Sequence record: PZ452595.1
DNA: 64,000 nucleotides
Source of the DNA: a phage
Strand: one strand, 5' to 3'
Part shown: in pieces, positions 1-12,670 of the stretch
Layout: each line of letters begins with the position of its first letter
How positions within the stretch are numbered: the stretch's first letter is position 1
Made by a program: the position numbers and the translations under genes
The notes under the pieces: generated by a model
The model's database searches: none
Told to the model about the DNA's origin: nothing
What the model saw: the letters and a program-made list of their open reading frames with translations, nothing else

Positions 1-277
1 CAATTAAGCGTTCGGCATGTTGGCGAGCTGTAACATAATACCATTCACCTAATTCATTTTGTTCAATTTTTCCAACGATTACTGTATTCAATTCATAAAT
101 CCAACCAGTAAAGAAATTATGAACTTGGATTGTAAAGGTGAAATCTGTTCCCATACCTTCTGTTGTTTCTACTTCAATAATATCACCTTCAACTGCCATT
201 AAGAACCACATAGTTTCATCATATTTACCATTGAAGCATTTAGTTTTAACTGTAGCGTTCAGATTAATCGTTTTCAT
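1..277 (-). CDS. hypothetical protein, 3' end cut by window edge
   Basis: Minus-strand frame starting ATG at 277..275 (MKTINLNATVKTKCFNGKYDE...) with GGAG 7-11 nt upstream, running off the window start; lies in the 30.x block downstream of rIII. Confidence 0.45.
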   Translation of the reverse strand, partial: MKTINLNATVKTKCFNGKYDETMWFLMAVEGDIIEVETTEGMGTDFTFTIQVHNFFTGWIYELNTVIVGKIEQNELGEWYYVTARQHAERLI

Positions 278-360
278 TTTATTCTCCTTTGTTTGTGTAA
301 GATAATACTATCACAAAGGAACCGTACTGTAAACAACTTTGTGCAATCTTTGGAAAATAA

Positions 361-383
361 AAAAGGACTCCCGAAGGAGTCCT
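361..383 (-). terminator. rho-independent terminator after the 30.9-like ORF
   Basis: Stem AGGACTCC / GGAGTCCT with UUCG loop (minus sense) followed by a U-run; same 23-nt element recurs at 53713..53739. Confidence 0.6.
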
Positions 384-387
384 CAAC

Positions 388-564
388 TTATGCTTTCTGC
401 TTACCAAAACGAGAAGCATCATCTCGAAGAACCGCACGTGCTCGGCGCATGATCTTCTCAACAGTTTGATTGATACGAGAGTTCGACCCACGCTTGTAAC
501 CAGCGCGTTTAGAATCACCAACTTTCTTTTCAACTGCTTTCTTTGCTTTAGCTTGTTTTGCCAT
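388..564 (-). CDS. small lysine-rich protein (T4 30.9-like)
   Basis: ATG at 564 gives MAKQAKAKKAVEKK... (58 aa, highly basic); the 72-aa track ORF extends to an upstream ATG at 606 without a clear SD; position immediately downstream of rIII. Confidence 0.5.
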   Translation of the reverse strand: MAKQAKAKKAVEKKVGDSKRAGYKRGSNSRINQTVEKIMRRARAVLRDDASRFGKQKA

Positions 565-852
565 TATAAATTCTCTTTTAAATGAAAATGCAGGACTTAT
601 TGGCATTGCCTGCGCAAGCCCTCAAGGGGAACATAGGTTTTGAATATTTACCGACAGGATAACCATAAACCTCGTCAACATACCACCAAGACTTACACAG
701 ATAACACTTTTCTGACGCATGATAGTAACATTCAAGAGGTACACCATAAAACTGCCGGGGTCTTAAAACTATAATGATTCGCAAATCATTAATCAGACAG
801 TTCGATGGCTCCTCGATTTTAGCTCACACTAAGGCAGTGAATCTCCAATAAA

Positions 853-1101
853 TTACTTCAGTGTTACCACAAAGTGACGAACTGCTTTTCGTGCAGCAGA
901 AGCCAAAGGCTTAGCATATTTAAGTTCATCTTTTTCCTGAAGCTCAGCAGCTAATGCAGTTTGAGCAGGATTCAGATGTTTGAAATAACGCAGGATTTCA
1001 AGAGCTTCGGCTTCAACATCAATAGATGCGCCATAGTTTTCGTGACCATTATTCCATGCGTTTCGTTGCAGTTCAAGAGCGTGTTGTAATTGTTTAATCA
1101 T
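853..1101 (-). CDS. rIII: rIII lysis inhibition accessory protein
   Basis: 82 aa, ATG start; length and position between gene 31 and the 30.x ORFs match T4 rIII. Confidence 0.85.
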   Translation of the reverse strand: MIKQLQHALELQRNAWNNGHENYGASIDVEAEALEILRYFKHLNPAQTALAAELQEKDELKYAKPLASAARKAVRHFVVTLK

Positions 1102-1248
1102 TTAAAAATTCTCGTTAGAGATTAAAACTCGGTAGTCACGTTCTTCTGAATTTCATCTTCTTTCGACAGATCTCTCAGTTGTAGACTACCACATAGAATT
1201 GTTCGGTTAACTTATTATTCCGACACCCAATTCATATTATTATTTATA

Positions 1249-1584
1249 TCACTTATAAAGACACGGAATAGCTTTATAGTGACAGGTAACGAATTTTTGT
1301 TTAATTTCTTTTGGCTGCTTAAGACCCAGAGCTACAAAAGGATGCGGAACATTTCGAATTTGACCAACTGGAAGAGAAGTCAAATCACCAACTTCGCAGA
1401 AACCTTCAGGAACATCAGGACCGACAGAGTGAACTACACACAGTTCAGGAACTTCACCTTGGACACGTTTACCGATAATAAGTCCTGATTCTGTAACTTC
1501 TTCATCACCCGCCTGTGCGGGTTCAGAAACTAAAATAACATATTCACCGACAGCACGAATTGGTAGCTGTTGTACTTCAGACAT
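1249..1584 (-). CDS. 31: gp31 head assembly co-chaperonin (GroES-like)
   Basis: 111 aa, [19 protein letters not shown]...; matches T4 gp31 length and N-terminus; synteny rIII-31-cd. Confidence 0.9.
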
Positions 1585-1640
1585 TGTTTTTCCTTTTTGT
1601 TAACAGATGAATTAATAATAACAAATAATTCTTAAAGCAT

Positions 1641-1949
1641 TTATTTACCAATAAATTGAAGCAAATGCTCAACTTTCATACCATTAACGGAAATCAATTT
1701 GTCAATAGAAAAACCTCGCCATGCACCAAGCTCAACATCAAATACTGGAATCATATCAGTAGATTCTTTCCGAGTAGATTCAGTTAATTTACCAGTTTGC
1801 ATGGTTGGCATAAAGTCTGCGTCACGAGTACCTTTCATAGTACGAATAGTACCATCAGACTTTTCAAAAACTACGTTTGAAACACCCATGGACAATTTAG
1901 TTTTCAAAATTTCACGAATTGCTACTTTCTGCTCAGTTGTCAGTTTCAT
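1641..1949 (-). CDS. hypothetical protein (31.1 position)
   Basis: 102 aa ORF, ATG start, tightly packed between gene 31 and the next ORF. Confidence 0.55.
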   Translation of the reverse strand: MKLTTEQKVAIREILKTKLSMGVSNVVFEKSDGTIRTMKGTRDADFMPTMQTGKLTESTRKESTDMIPVFDVELGAWRGFSIDKLISVNGMKVEHLLQFIGK

Positions 1950-2189
1950 TTATTTACCTATCACAGTTTTAATATGAGTTGTTCCACGTTCTTTAAGGGT
2001 GGAAAGTAATTTTTGGCATTTTTCTAAATCAGATTTCCAACTATATGGTCTATCAATACTAGTCCAATCAGTTTTATAATACTGTTTCCATTTAGAGAAA
2101 AAATATTTCTTATACTCTACAGCAAATGAGATGTTCTCATTAGAATAAGAACTAATTGCTGTGAGCTTTACCAAACGAAATTTCATCAT
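1950..2189 (-). CDS. hypothetical protein (31.2 position)
   Basis: 79 aa ORF; its ATG overlaps the cd stop codon (ATGA), indicating translational coupling. Confidence 0.55.
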   Translation of the reverse strand: MMKFRLVKLTAISSYSNENISFAVEYKKYFFSKWKQYYKTDWTSIDRPYSWKSDLEKCQKLLSTLKERGTTHIKTVIGK

Positions 2190-2767
2190 TCACCACAGAA
2201 TTCGTTGATATTTTCCCAGTTTAACTTATTCAAGTTTTTCTTAGGAACATTAAACACTTCAATACCTGCATTTCGCAAAATATCATCCCAACCAGGTTTA
2301 TTTTTGTCGTATGTTTCGCAATAAACTAGTTTTTTAATTCCAGATTGAGCTATCGCTTTTGCGCAATCCGGACATGGAGAAAGTGTTACATACATAGTAG
2401 CACCTTCAATAGAAGAACCATTTCGTGCAGCAAACAAAATTGCATTTAGTTCAGCATGAATTTCATTTTTAGATGACCATTCCGAGTGAGCGCTGCGGTG
2501 TTCTTTCGCCAAGACAAAACGATCAGTTGAACCAAATGATACACATTCAGGCTTATGACCTTGAATGATAGTATGTTTAGGCTTATTCAATAACCAACCT
2601 TGCTCAGCAGCATAATCACAACAGTTCACACCCCCTGCGGGTGAACCATTATACCCAGTAGAAATAATACGCCCATTCTTTTCAATTACTGCTCCTACCT
2701 TCCAGGAGCAACATTTTGATTCCTGCGATACTAAATATGCAATTTGAAGTACTGTACTCGCTTTCAT
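2186..2767 (-). CDS. cd: dCMP deaminase
   Basis: 193 aa; cytidine/dCMP deaminase zinc motifs (HAE...PCxxC: HAELNAI, SPCPDCAKAI); length and position match T4 cd. Confidence 0.9.
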   Translation of the reverse strand: MKASTVLQIAYLVSQESKCCSWKVGAVIEKNGRIISTGYNGSPAGGVNCCDYAAEQGWLLNKPKHTIIQGHKPECVSFGSTDRFVLAKEHRSAHSEWSSKNEIHAELNAILFAARNGSSIEGATMYVTLSPCPDCAKAIAQSGIKKLVYCETYDKNKPGWDDILRNAGIEVFNVPKKNLNKLNWENINEFCGE

Positions 2768-3102
2768 TTCATAATCACCAGATAAGCAGATTTAGCAGTT
2801 TCAACACGATAAATTTCGTGACGAAGTTTAGTTATACTTTTAATAACAGAACTAATTATATTCTGCCCATCTTTAAAGCGGTTTTTCTTATCAATAAAAA
2901 CTGCGCCAACCATCTTTTTGTGAAGCTCAACTGGATACTTCGTCACAATAATAGCATCATACACAGAAGGATGAATACTATTCACCAGAGTATCATTCAT
3001 TAAAGTTATTCTAATGAACTGTGCTGTTTCAGAATCAAGCGCTCTATGATCGCCAGTATCATTTTCAAGACAATTATCAATTATATCAGTTAAATTCATC
3101 AT
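2764..3102 (-). CDS. hypothetical protein (cd.x block)
   Basis: 112 aa ORF, ATG start, stop overlaps cd start (ATGA). Confidence 0.55.
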   Translation of the reverse strand: MMNLTDIIDNCLENDTGDHRALDSETAQFIRITLMNDTLVNSIHPSVYDAIIVTKYPVELHKKMVGAVFIDKKNRFKDGQNIISSVIKSITKLRHEIYRVETAKSAYLVIMK

Positions 3103-3338
3103 AGTACGCCATACACCCTTTGTGCTTCAACTAATCCATCAAAATCCAGTTTAAGATGCGATATTTGATCGCCATCACCTGGATTTACAATTACTAATAC
3201 TGAACGAGGAGTTTCGGTAATAACACGAACCGATGTTTCAGGAAATCGTTCAGAAACCTTATTTACCAATTCCTGTGCAAATAGCTTAACTTTTTCTTGG
3301 AATTCTTTAACAGTAATTGGTTTTTCACTTAGCAGCAT
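3099..3338 (-). CDS. hypothetical protein (cd.x block)
   Basis: 79 aa ORF, ATG start, overlaps neighbours by 4-10 nt. Confidence 0.5.
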   Translation of the reverse strand: MLLSEKPITVKEFQEKVKLFAQELVNKVSERFPETSVRVITETPRSVLVIVNPGDGDQISHLKLDFDGLVEAQRVYGVL

Positions 3339-3859
3339 GTTGATCCCAGCTCCTTACTTTCAACGTTTTTAACTAATTTGACAGAAACTAATTCAGCATC
3401 TTGAGTAATCATTACCGGACCTTCTTCATACTCTTCAAGATATTCTAGAGCTTTCTTTTTAGCTTCTTCCTTCGTATCAGTTTGAGCATAGATATAAAAC
3501 ATACAACCAGTAATACCTACTACTTTCCACTTAATTTCTTTATCAGCTTTAATTTCAAATTTACTGACAGAATCATCTTTTTGAACTTCTTCGAAAAAAG
3601 AATATTCTAACATATAAGCAATTGAAAATAACGGGCTAACTTTATAGGATTCGCCCATTACATCAACAGCTTTATACCAGCAGTCATCAATTTCGCGTTT
3701 AATGCTAATAACATTTTTCGCAGGATCTATTTTTACTTTAAATGAATTTTCCCCAATAAACTGGGCAATTCGTTTATTAGCCCCGCAAGTTTCATTAAAA
3801 ATATCTTTATATCCAGTTTTAAAGCGATAAACCTTATCTTCTTCAAACCATTCGCTCAT
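3329..3859 (-). CDS. hypothetical protein (cd.x block)
   Basis: 176 aa ORF, ATG start; early promoter 3890..3919 directly upstream. Confidence 0.6.
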   Translation of the reverse strand: MSEWFEEDKVYRFKTGYKDIFNETCGANKRIAQFIGENSFKVKIDPAKNVISIKREIDDCWYKAVDVMGESYKVSPLFSIAYMLEYSFFEEVQKDDSVSKFEIKADKEIKWKVVGITGCMFYIYAQTDTKEEAKKKALEYLEEYEEGPVMITQDAELVSVKLVKNVESKELGSTCC

Positions 3860-3889
3860 TTCAATTTCCTCATTTGTTTTGGTAGAGCT

Positions 3890-3919
3890 ATAATATCACA
3901 ACTCTACCGTAAAGTAAAC
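3890..3919 (-). promoter_or_regulatory. T4-type early (sigma70) promoter
   Basis: Minus sense GTTTACT -35, 17-nt spacer, TGa-TATTAT extended -10; AT-rich upstream. Confidence 0.55.
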
Positions 3920-3921
3920 CA

Positions 3922-4197
3922 TTAAATCGCTTTGAATTCCGCAGTTTGAGATTCAAAGCGAATGTCGCCTTTGATAACTAGCTCAGCATCAAGACCAAAT
4001 ACGACAATGATATGCGCGGAACCTGGATACAGTGTAATGGCAATAGAATCCACCTGGTCTGGAAGCAAAGTGTTCAATACATGAGTCACTTGAGCATGGA
4101 TTCGAAGCTCAGCTGCGTTATCAAGTTTTTCAAACATATTATTAGCGATAATTTGGCTAAACACTACTTCTACGATTTTAGAGTAAGTCGGAAACAT
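3922..4197 (-). CDS. hypothetical protein
   Basis: 91 aa ORF, ATG start, in the pseT-cd small ORF block. Confidence 0.5.
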   Translation of the reverse strand: MFPTYSKIVEVVFSQIIANNMFEKLDNAAELRIHAQVTHVLNTLLPDQVDSIAITLYPGSAHIIVVFGLDAELVIKGDIRFESQTAEFKAI

Positions 4198-4199
4198 AT

Positions 4200-4392
4200 T
4201 TACCTCACATAATTTTCTTCAAGCCAATCAATAACATCCAACGCATTATCAAAAGTTGAACCATCTACTCTGTCTTCTGTTTCATAATCAAGAACATCTA
4301 GGCCTACTCTTCCGTCAACAATAGGCCATAGACAAAATAGATATTTCTTTTCTTTTTCAATTTTATCACAAAGACGATAAATCTTTTCTAGG

Positions 4393-4400
<8 letters not shown>
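4200..4400 (-). CDS. hypothetical protein
   Basis: 66 aa ORF, ATG start. Confidence 0.45.
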
Positions 4401-5808
<1,408 letters not shown>

Positions 5809-5812
<4 letters not shown>

Positions 5813-6039
5813 TTATTTTTCTCAACCAATGATTGAATATAATCATGCAGGTCTTTAGATGCTTTACCCCACTTATTTTGATATTCATTTTTGAGATTAG
5901 CACGTGATTGAGCTAATAAAACATCATTAGTTGGAGGTAAAGATTCTAACCGCTGAATCTGGCGTCCATAAATCATTGCAGCCATCTCGGATTCATAAAT
6001 CAATCCTTTGAGATGTTCAAATTGATGCCATGAAATCAT
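5809..6039 (-). CDS. hypothetical protein (pseT.x block)
   Basis: 76 aa ORF, ATG start. Confidence 0.5.
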
Positions 6040-6335
6040 TTACATTTATCCTCTTTTAACTCTTGGCGATAATAACATATCATAGTTTTCTGGTCATGTA
6101 CATATCGTTTTACATCATTAAGCCAAATACGAAATTCCTGGGAATCTTCAAATTGCATACCGACCCAAGCTTTACCATCAATAACTTTAACTTGCCAAGA
6201 TAGTTTAGCTTCGTCATATGACTTTATTTGTACAGGCCAATTAGGATGAACTGTTTCTTTCTTTACTTCTAGAGGCTTTGTCGAACAACCAACTAGAAGA
6301 CCAATAGATAATATTACTGCTGATAGTTTAATCAT
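6036..6335 (-). CDS. putative lipoprotein
   Basis: 99 aa; N-terminal signal peptide ending in lipobox-like LLVGC (MIKLSAVILSIGLLVGCSTK). Confidence 0.5.
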   Translation of the reverse strand: MIKLSAVILSIGLLVGCSTKPLEVKKETVHPNWPVQIKSYDEAKLSWQVKVIDGKAWVGMQFEDSQEFRIWLNDVKRYVHDQKTMICYYRQELKEDKCK

Positions 6336-6685
6336 TTAGAAAGGTCCTGGATGTCTTCTGCGAACTTGTTGAAGGAGTTGTTAATTTGTTTTTCAACCAA
6401 TCCTGGCTTATGAGCCACCACATCCGCCTTCTTTGCGTCTTTGCGCAGTTTTTCATTTTCACGCTCAATAGCAGCAATTGCCTCACGATTTTTATTATTC
6501 ATCGCATCAATATAATTATACTGAATTCGCAAATTATTTAATGCTAAAGCGTTTTCATTGGCTGTTTTTGTAATTTCAGTAACTGATGTTTCTAATCTTT
6601 CTACCTTATTTTTTAAAATAATAGATGTTCCGCCAAATGCTATTACAAGTAATAGCAATCCAGCTGTAAAATTACTTACATGCAT
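6332..6685 (-). CDS. hypothetical membrane-anchored protein
   Basis: 117 aa; one N-terminal hydrophobic helix followed by a charged region. Confidence 0.5.
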   Translation of the reverse strand: MHVSNFTAGLLLLVIAFGGTSIILKNKVERLETSVTEITKTANENALALNNLRIQYNYIDAMNNKNREAIAAIERENEKLRKDAKKADVVAHKPGLVEKQINNSFNKFAEDIQDLSK

Positions 6686-7182
6686 AAAGTTTTAATAACC
6701 TCTATAATATCGTCTTGAGAAAGACCGTTAATTAAAATATGATGTTCAGCTGGAGATTTAGAAATTTTAAAGCATGCCTCAACATCTTCTGCCATATCCG
6801 ATGCACTACGATTTGGATTACTAATACCAAGGCGGTGTTTTCCCGTCAAAGGATTAACGATGATATAGCATTTGCAGCTATTGATATGAACATTGGGTTG
6901 AGTCTGATTAATGAACACTTCACAATCATACTTAGCGAGTTGATTTTCTAAAAAGACTTTCATCTCTTCAACCGCATCAGGAAGCATATCACGGGCTTGC
7001 TCAAGACGACGATTTCGATATTCTTTAATGGTCGTTTTCCGCTTGACTTGTTTAGCTAAATCTTTCTTAAGATCAGTGATATATCCAACTCGACGATTTC
7101 CTTTGAATACAGAAATCCCATCTGTAGTATCACCGTATGCTTCAACGACCATTTCAGTAGTAATAAGCTGCAAATCCATCAT
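6676..7182 (-). CDS. alc: Alc, inhibitor of transcription from cytosine-containing DNA
   Basis: 168 aa (MM start); length and position between rnlA and the pseT.x ORFs match T4 alc. Confidence 0.85.
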   Translation of the reverse strand: MMDLQLITTEMVVEAYGDTTDGISVFKGNRRVGYITDLKKDLAKQVKRKTTIKEYRNRRLEQARDMLPDAVEEMKVFLENQLAKYDCEVFINQTQPNVHINSCKCYIIVNPLTGKHRLGISNPNRSASDMAEDVEACFKISKSPAEHHILINGLSQDDIIEVIKTLCM

Positions 7183-7210
7183 AAAGTCCTCATGTTATGT
7201 TAGTAAGACT

Positions 7211-7240
7211 ACTATAACACAACACGAGGGACTTGTAAAC
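7211..7240 (-). promoter_or_regulatory. T4-type early promoter upstream of alc
   Basis: Minus sense GTTTACA, 17-nt spacer, TGt-TATAGT. Confidence 0.55.
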
Positions 7241-7243
7241 AGC

Positions 7244-8831
<1,588 letters not shown>

Positions 8832-8860
8832 AATAAAATGGGCCTTGCGGCCCACTCCTT
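8832..8860 (-). promoter_or_regulatory. structured ribosome binding site of denA
   Basis: Minus sense: AAGGAG, then 16-nt hairpin UGGGCC-GCAA-GGCCCA (GNRA loop), then 7 nt, then ATG; SD to ATG is 23 nt linear. Confidence 0.5.
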
Positions 8861-10037
8861 AAAAGTATTTTTTAAAACTCATCATAACTTTATCATCAAC
8901 ATCATTATCAATCTGTGCAACAAGGTAAGATGACAGTTCTACTTCTTGTGGCGCGGATTGAACATTATCAGAATTAAGATATTCACGAATCCAAGGATAC
9001 GGATGTTTAACCGGAGCATCGGTAATTGGGCATGGAAGACCACACTGTTTCATACGAGATACAGTTAAGTAATCAATAAAGCTCCACATGCTATTTGTAT
9101 TTAATCCAGGAACATCGCCGTCTTTAAATAAATGAACTGCCCAATCTTTTTCTTGGCGGTTAACTTCCATGAAAATATCAACTGCTTCTTGTTCACACTC
9201 TTGAGCAATTTTAACCCATTCATCGCCATCAGTGCCAAGTTGAAGTTGACGAATAATATATTGAGTGCCTTTAAGGTGAAGCTGCTCATCACGTGCAATG
9301 AACTTCATAATCTTGGCATTACCTTCCATGATTTCCATGTTTTTATGGAAGTTAAAGGTACATGCGAAAGATACATAAAAACGAATAGCTTCCAATGCGT
9401 TGATTACATGCAAACAGAGGTAAAGAGATTTCATTAGCTCACGCTTCCAATATGTCTCATGCTCAATAGCATCTTCAATAACGTCTTCGTCTGCATTAAT
9501 TTCTTTTTGGTATTCGATATCAGCTTTAGCGTTTTCCCAATAACGAGTTTTAATCAGAACATCATCATAATAACGTCCAATGGATTCAGCACGTTTCATA
9601 ATAGCTTCATCTAATACAATTTCATCAAATACCTTCGATGGATCAGTATAAAGATTTCGCATGATATGTGTATATGAACGGCTGTGAATAGTTTCACTAA
9701 AAGTCCACGTAGCAACCCATGTATCAAGGCTTGGGTCTGAAATTAATGACATAAGTACAGCAGACGGCGCACGACCCTGAATGCTATCCAAAAGTGATTG
9801 ATACTTCAGATTATTAGTAAAAATATTTTGCTGATACTGAGGAAGCTTATTAAACTGTGCAGCATCCATCATCAAGTTTACTTCTTCAGGACGCCAGAAA
9901 AATGATAATTGCTTTTCGGTTAAATCTTCAAAAACTTTATGACGTTGAATATCATAACGCGCAATACCAAGACCTGAACCAAAAAACATAGGTTCTTTTA
10001 AAACATCAACTGGATTTGTATTAAAAACTGTGCTCAT
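8859..10037 (-). CDS. nrdB: ribonucleotide reductase small subunit, uninterrupted
   Basis: 392 aa continuous ORF with ATG start; directly downstream of nrdA. Confidence 0.95.
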   Translation of the reverse strand: MSTVFNTNPVDVLKEPMFFGSGLGIARYDIQRHKVFEDLTEKQLSFFWRPEEVNLMMDAAQFNKLPQYQQNIFTNNLKYQSLLDSIQGRAPSAVLMSLISDPSLDTWVATWTFSETIHSRSYTHIMRNLYTDPSKVFDEIVLDEAIMKRAESIGRYYDDVLIKTRYWENAKADIEYQKEINADEDVIEDAIEHETYWKRELMKSLYLCLHVINALEAIRFYVSFACTFNFHKNMEIMEGNAKIMKFIARDEQLHLKGTQYIIRQLQLGTDGDEWVKIAQECEQEAVDIFMEVNRQEKDWAVHLFKDGDVPGLNTNSMWSFIDYLTVSRMKQCGLPCPITDAPVKHPYPWIREYLNSDNVQSAPQEVELSSYLVAQIDNDVDDKVMMSFKKYF

Positions 10038-10088
10038 AAATTTTCCGCTTAGTTAATAGATAGTGACTCGTCCATGAGTCAAATTATA

Positions 10089-12353
10089 TCATAATTTACA
10101 GGATGAACAATCTTCAGCTTTTGGAGTTTCTATTTCATAATCATCAGTACCAGAACCATCACGGGTATTATGATAATAGAAATTTTTTCCGCCAAAATAC
10201 CAAAAATACAAAAGGTCATCAATCATTATTGACATTGGAACCTTGCCTTTAGGGAAGATTTGGGGGTCATAATATGTATTCGCTGAAGCTGATTGACACA
10301 CCCATTTCAGCATAATAGCTACCTGCGTAAGATAAGGTTTATTACCTTTCTTAGCTAATTTCCATGTATAATCATAGAGGTCTATGTTATGCTCAATATT
10401 GGGCACGACTTGATTAAAGGAGCCCTCTTTTGATTCTTTAACAGAGACTGGTCCACGTGGAGGCTCGATACCGTTTGTACTGTTAGAAACTTGGGAAGAT
10501 GACTCACATGGCATAAGTGCTGATAATGTGCTATTACGGATGCCAAAGAGCTTAAGGTCTTCCCGCAGCGACGACCAGTCACAAACGTATTTTGGAGCTG
10601 CGATTTGGTCAATCTTTTTATTGTACCAGTCGATAGGTAATTCGCCTCGAGACCAACGAGTGTCTGAATAATATTCGCAAGGTCCTTTTTCTTTGGCGAG
10701 CTTAATGGATGCTTTAATGAGTCCATACTGTAATCTCTCAAATAGTTCATGTGTTAAATCGTTAGCATCTTCATAAGAAGCAAAGTTACTTGCCAGCCAA
10801 GCTGCATAGTTAGTAACACCTACACCGAGGTTACGACGCTTTTTAGCTTTTTCTGCTTCAGGAACTGGATATCCTTGGTAATCCAAAAGATTATCAAGAG
10901 CGCGAACTTGAACTTCTGCCAATTCATTAATTTTATCTTGGTCTTGCCAGTCAAAATTATCTAGTACGAATGCAGAGAGAGTACACAATCCAATTTCAGC
11001 ATCAGGACTATTCACATCATTTGTTGGAATAGCAATTTCACAGCACAAGTTACTCTGACGAATAGGTGCCTTTTCACGAATAAACGGAGTATAGTTATTC
11101 GTATTATCAATGAACTGTACATAAATCCTTGCTGTTCCTGAGCGTTCAGTCATGAGCAATTCAAATAGTTCACGGGCTTTAATACGCTTTTTACGAATAT
11201 TAGGGTCTTTTTCTGCTGCTTCGTATAATTCACGGAAACGGTCTTGGTCTTTAAAATAAGAATAATAAAGCTCGCCACCCATTTCATGCGGACTGAACAA
11301 AGTAATGTAATCGTTCTTTCCAAAACGTTCCATCATCAAATCATTCAGCTGAACACCATAATCCATATGACGAATGCGGTTTTCTTCTACACCTTTGTTA
11401 TTTTTCAAAACGAGAAGATTTTCAACTTCCAAATGCCAAATAGGATAATAAGCAGTAGCAGCGCCGCCACGAATTCCACCCTGTGAGCATGATTTAACAG
11501 CAGTCTGAAAATGTTTCCAAAAAGGAATAACCCCAGTATGGCGTACTTCACCCATGCCAATCTTAGAACCTTCGGCACGAATCATACCAACGTTAATACC
11601 GATTCCAGCTCGTTTGGAAATATATTCAACAATTGAAGCAGAAGCCTTATTGATAGACTTCAGCGAATCTCCTGCCTCAATAACAACGCATGAACTAAAC
11701 TGTCGAGTCGGAGTACGACAACCAGCCATAATAGGAGTTGGCAATGAAATCTGTCGAGTAGATACTGCTTCATAAAAACGAATAACATGTTTTAATCTAT
11801 CAACAGGTTCATCTTGATGCAGTGCCATTCCAATAGTCATAAATGCAAACTGCGGAGTTTCATAAATTTGACCAGTGGTTTTATCTTTAACTAGATATTT
11901 TTCTTTTAATTGCATCGCCCCGGAATAAGTAAATTCCATATCCCGCTCGTGCTTAATTTTTGATTCTAAAAATGTAATTTCTTCTGCTGAATATTTTGAC
12001 AATAATTCAGGGTCATATTTACCTTCATTTACACAGTAAGAAATATGGTCAATAAATGAACGTGGTTCATACTGCCCATAAACATGCTTACGAAGAGCAA
12101 ACATTAAACAGCGTGCAGCTACATATTGATAATCAGGTTCTTCAACCGAAATAGAATTCGCAGCAGCCTTAATGACAATAGTCTGAATGTCATCAGTTGT
12201 CATTCCATCACGGAGATATGATTTAATATTTTCATATAATTCATAAGGATCTACTGATGTTCCCTCAGCTGCCCAAGATAAAACTTTAATAATTTTTTGT
12301 GGGTCAAAGCTCTGAGAAACACCACTACTTTTGATAACATTAATTAATTGCAT
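10089..12353 (-). CDS. nrdA: ribonucleotide reductase large subunit
   Basis: 754 aa, [25 protein letters not shown]...; ATP-cone N-terminus and class Ia active-site cysteines; same length as T4 NrdA. Confidence 0.96.
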   Translation of the reverse strand: MQLINVIKSSGVSQSFDPQKIIKVLSWAAEGTSVDPYELYENIKSYLRDGMTTDDIQTIVIKAAANSISVEEPDYQYVAARCLMFALRKHVYGQYEPRSFIDHISYCVNEGKYDPELLSKYSAEEITFLESKIKHERDMEFTYSGAMQLKEKYLVKDKTTGQIYETPQFAFMTIGMALHQDEPVDRLKHVIRFYEAVSTRQISLPTPIMAGCRTPTRQFSSCVVIEAGDSLKSINKASASIVEYISKRAGIGINVGMIRAEGSKIGMGEVRHTGVIPFWKHFQTAVKSCSQGGIRGGAATAYYPIWHLEVENLLVLKNNKGVEENRIRHMDYGVQLNDLMMERFGKNDYITLFSPHEMGGELYYSYFKDQDRFRELYEAAEKDPNIRKKRIKARELFELLMTERSGTARIYVQFIDNTNNYTPFIREKAPIRQSNLCCEIAIPTNDVNSPDAEIGLCTLSAFVLDNFDWQDQDKINELAEVQVRALDNLLDYQGYPVPEAEKAKKRRNLGVGVTNYAAWLASNFASYEDANDLTHELFERLQYGLIKASIKLAKEKGPCEYYSDTRWSRGELPIDWYNKKIDQIAAPKYVCDWSSLREDLKLFGIRNSTLSALMPCESSSQVSNSTNGIEPPRGPVSVKESKEGSFNQVVPNIEHNIDLYDYTWKLAKKGNKPYLTQVAIMLKWVCQSASANTYYDPQIFPKGKVPMSIMIDDLLYFWYFGGKNFYYHNTRDGSGTDDYEIETPKAEDCSSCKL

Positions 12354-12670
12354 AAGTCCTCAACTTGAAAATCGTCTTTAAACAATCGGTTAACTATATG
12401 AGCTATTATATCACCATGACACGGCTTTGGTTTACATGTGCATCCTAGCCTCATTCCACGTAAAGGCTCTAAATGTGCTTTAGTTATTTCTCCGGATTTA
12501 ATTCGACGTATAAAATCTTTTTTGAATAATTCAATGGCAGCCTCCCGGCTGCCAGCATCTTTACCGACGTAATTTCCCCAAAATGTACCACGGTGAATAT
12601 TAACATCAAAGTCGGATTTATATTTATTCACTACCCGACATAGACGGCCCGCGCGGTGATAATTCGGCAT
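12344..12670 (-). CDS. hypothetical protein with C-x-C-x4-C-H-G-D motif (nrdA.1 position)
   Basis: 108 aa, ATG start; conserved-looking [12 protein letters not shown] segment; stop overlaps nrdA start. Confidence 0.6.
   Translation of the reverse strand: MPNYHRAGRLCRVVNKYKSDFDVNIHRGTFWGNYVGKDAGSREAAIELFKKDFIRRIKSGEITKAHLEPLRGMRLGCTCKPKPCHGDIIAHIVNRLFKDDFQVEDLCN

Noticed and set aside
279-533. 84-aa minus-strand ORF from the track
   Set aside because: It overlaps the 30.9-like gene in another frame across most of its length and has no SD; judged an overlapping-frame artefact.
578-784. 68-aa Cys-rich ORF from the track
   Set aside because: Starts at a TTG directly after an in-frame stop, with no SD and no ATG alternative; not called as a gene (the interval is still noted as a finding).
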